Shown: positions 61,919 through 64,000 of the stretch, piece by piece | How the letters are laid out: every line of letters begins with the position of its first letter | Position numbering within the stretch: position 1 is the first letter of the stretch | NCBI GenBank assembly: GCA_964248365.1 | Contig: CAXTYC010000002.1 | Span: forward strand, 102,447 to 166,446 | From: an uncultured Chroococcidiopsis sp. | Lineage (GTDB): Bacteria; Cyanobacteriota; Cyanobacteriia; Cyanobacteriales; Chroococcidiopsidaceae | Reading direction: 5' to 3' | DNA length: 64,000 nucleotides | Position numbers and translations under genes: made by a program | Notes under the pieces: model-generated | What the model was told of the DNA's origin: nothing | Databases searched by the model: none | The model's input: the letters and a program-made list of their open reading frames with translations, nothing else

Positions 61919-63673
61919 GTGTTTCATCCTAATACCAGTGTTATTTTCTGCATTAACCCTAATGACCCCCAGCATCCTCATATCCAAGCACGGGGGAACA
62001 AGTTTTGCACTATCTGTGGTTGCCAAATCGCCCTGCAAAATCGCTATATTCCCCTAGAAAGGCTGGGTTCTGGGGGATTCGCTACCATCTACACTGTCTG
62101 GGATTTAAAAACGCAAACAGAACAAGTGCTGAAGGTGTTGCTAGAAAGTTCATCAAAAGCCAGGGAATTATTCAAGCAAGAAGCAGAAATTTTGCAGAGT
62201 CTGCGACATCCGGCTGTTCCCATAGTCGAGCCAGACGGGTATTTTATGCTGAGTGTGAACAAATCAAGCCATGAAATGCCTTGTCTGGTGATGGAAAAAA
62301 TCAACGGTCAGACGTTGGAAGATATTCTTGCCAGTTATCCCCAAGGATGTCCAGAGGCGATGGTGATGAACTGGTTTCGACAAGCAGTAGATATTTTACG
62401 AGTGTTGCACAAAAGACATATTATTCACCGCGACCTGAAGCCATCTAACTTGATGCTACGTCACCAAACCAATAAGCTGGTACTGATTGATTTTGGTGGA
62501 GCAAAAAAAATTCGCTCACTGTCTTGGTCACAGGATAGTTCTACTCGTTTATATTCTCCAGGTTACAGTCCACCTGAGCAATCCCAAGGGCGGGATGTGG
62601 AACCAGCAGCTGATTTTTATGCTTTGGGTAGGACAATGATTCAATTGCTGACGGGCAAGTCTCCCTCAGAATTGACAGATCCTGTGACTGGAGAATTACA
62701 ATGGCGTAAAAGGGTTAGAGTTAGCCCAGAATTTGCTGATTTGCTCGATGAATTAGTACAGGAAGATGTACGCCAGCGACCAAACAATGCAGCAAGAATT
62801 CAAAAACGTCTAGGGCAGAGTTCGCCTGGGCAAAAGCAACAGAAGTCTTCCCAACAAGTTTTGCCGCCGCCTCAAACAAAATCGCAACTCTTGGCGGGAT
62901 TAACTAAACGTCTGGCGACGACAAATCAATTAACTGGAAATATTTACAAGCGATCGCAGCTCTTATTTACCAACCTAACGCACCGTCTTGCTAAAACCAA
63001 TCGTTTTCTATTCAAATTTATTACCCAGCTAGGACGAGCTTGCATAGATACACTTAGGGCAATGGTGTTTAGTGCGATCGCGGCAAGTGTTGGGACTACA
63101 ATTGGTTTTGTCTTAGCTTATTTCTCTCCTTTGGGGGATACACTCGCCAGTTTTCTATCTCAACACCTACCCCAACTTCTTCAAAATCCGCAAATTACAG
63201 CCCAGTCGGAAATTATTATATTTGCAACAGTAGGGTTAGCAACTGCATGGGGACTGAAAGTTGCTGGGGGATTTGGTCAACGACAGCGCCATATATTCTC
63301 AGCCTTGATTGGATTATGCGGCTATGTTTTAGGCTGGTTGTTTTGGCTTGCTGCAACACCCTATTCTCAAATTTGGGGAATAACAGGATTGATTGCTGTT
63401 GCAGTTGCTATTCTCACGCTTGGTTTAGGTCTGGGCAGCCGTCAAAGTATTCACGCGGTTGTAACTTCATTTGGTAGCGCGATCGTCTTTGCCAGTCTAG
63501 TCAGTTTAAATCTATTTCCAGCCATCATATATCATCTGGCTCCACAACTCCTCTGGCATGACTTTTGGATTTACCTTTCTTTTTTCAGTTTTGTAAGTAT
63601 CACTCTAAGTTTTTGGCTAGGGATGAGCTACTACATAGTTGTGCCTTGTTTACGGTGGCTGGGTTGGCATTAG
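61919..63673 (+). CDS. Ser/Thr protein kinase with Cys-rich N-terminus and C-terminal TM helices
   Basis: CINP..FCTICG, GSGGFA, HRDLKPSN, IDFG, GYSPPEQ. Confidence 0.93.
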   Translation: MFHPNTSVIFCINPNDPQHPHIQARGNKFCTICGCQIALQNRYIPLERLGSGGFATIYTVWDLKTQTEQVLKVLLESSSKARELFKQEAEILQSLRHPAVPIVEPDGYFMLSVNKSSHEMPCLVMEKINGQTLEDILASYPQGCPEAMVMNWFRQAVDILRVLHKRHIIHRDLKPSNLMLRHQTNKLVLIDFGGAKKIRSLSWSQDSSTRLYSPGYSPPEQSQGRDVEPAADFYALGRTMIQLLTGKSPSELTDPVTGELQWRKRVRVSPEFADLLDELVQEDVRQRPNNAARIQKRLGQSSPGQKQQKSSQQVLPPPQTKSQLLAGLTKRLATTNQLTGNIYKRSQLLFTNLTHRLAKTNRFLFKFITQLGRACIDTLRAMVFSAIAASVGTTIGFVLAYFSPLGDTLASFLSQHLPQLLQNPQITAQSEIIIFATVGLATAWGLKVAGGFGQRQRHIFSALIGLCGYVLGWLFWLAATPYSQIWGITGLIAVAVAILTLGLGLGSRQSIHAVVTSFGSAIVFASLVSLNLFPAIIYHLAPQLLWHDFWIYLSFFSFVSITLSFWLGMSYYIVVPCLRWLGWH

Positions 63674-63782
63674 AGGAAGGGCAAAGGGGCAAGAGTTGAA
63701 TTATGAATTATTAATGTAACATTGCTGCATTCATCATTGAGTCCCCTTCCCCCCCTAACAAAGCCCTGCTATCTAGCTAATA

Positions 63783-64000
63783 TTATGATCGAGTACACCC
63801 AGCTTCGAGTCTTTGTCTGGTAGCTCCTCCACTAGGACGGGCTATAAAATCGGATTGTCCACATAGCGCTGCATTGGAGCCACTAGAGTCAGGTGGTGTG
63901 GTTGCATCCGGTGGTGTGGTTGCGTCCGGTGGTGTGGTTGCATCCGGTGGTGTGGTTGCGTCCGGTGGTGTAGTAGCGCCAGGCGGTGTGGTTGCATCCG
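63783..64000 (-). CDS. C-terminus of a Pro/Thr-rich repeat protein (partial)
   Basis: (DATTPP)n then DSSGSNAALCGQSDFIARPSGGATRQRLEAGCTRS*. Confidence 0.65.
   Translation of the reverse strand, partial: DATTPPGATTPPDATTPPDATTPPDATTPPDATTPPDSSGSNAALCGQSDFIARPSGGATRQRLEAGCTRS
63892..64000. repeat. 18-nt coding tandem repeat ggtggtgtggttgcatcc
   Basis: About 6 units running to the window edge. Confidence 0.9.

Overview
AT-rich cyanobacterial chromosome segment, probably from a Nostocales- or Chroococcidiopsis-like lineage, judged from the dense HIP1 octamer GCGATCGC, 7-nt tandem repeats in nearly every intergenic gap and GTAG-type palindromes. It carries about 50 intact genes. Housekeeping genes include dtd, cysS, coaD-cdv3, dapB, a cobH-like gene, aroF and rtcA. 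Accessory modules are: (i) an ArsR-led pstSCAB operon with a Cys-Cys-x2-Cys ArsR tail and a four-unit Pho-box-like array; (ii) a redox/detox cluster whose distal half is decaying; (iii) a nine-gene V4R / phycobiliprotein-like / 2Fe-2S / TPR / Ser-Thr kinase operon resembling the poorly understood Synechocystis slr0144-slr0152 (Pap) operon; (iv) a general-stress cluster and an orphan PGM1-like ATP-grasp ligase. About ten pseudogenes or gene remnants are visible, along with a displaced 3' copy of dtd, very small mobile repeats inserted in coding regions, and a ~70% Asp/Arg repeat protein. No rRNA, tRNA, CRISPR array or intact transposase was recognised. All calls come from reading motifs by eye; no searches were run.
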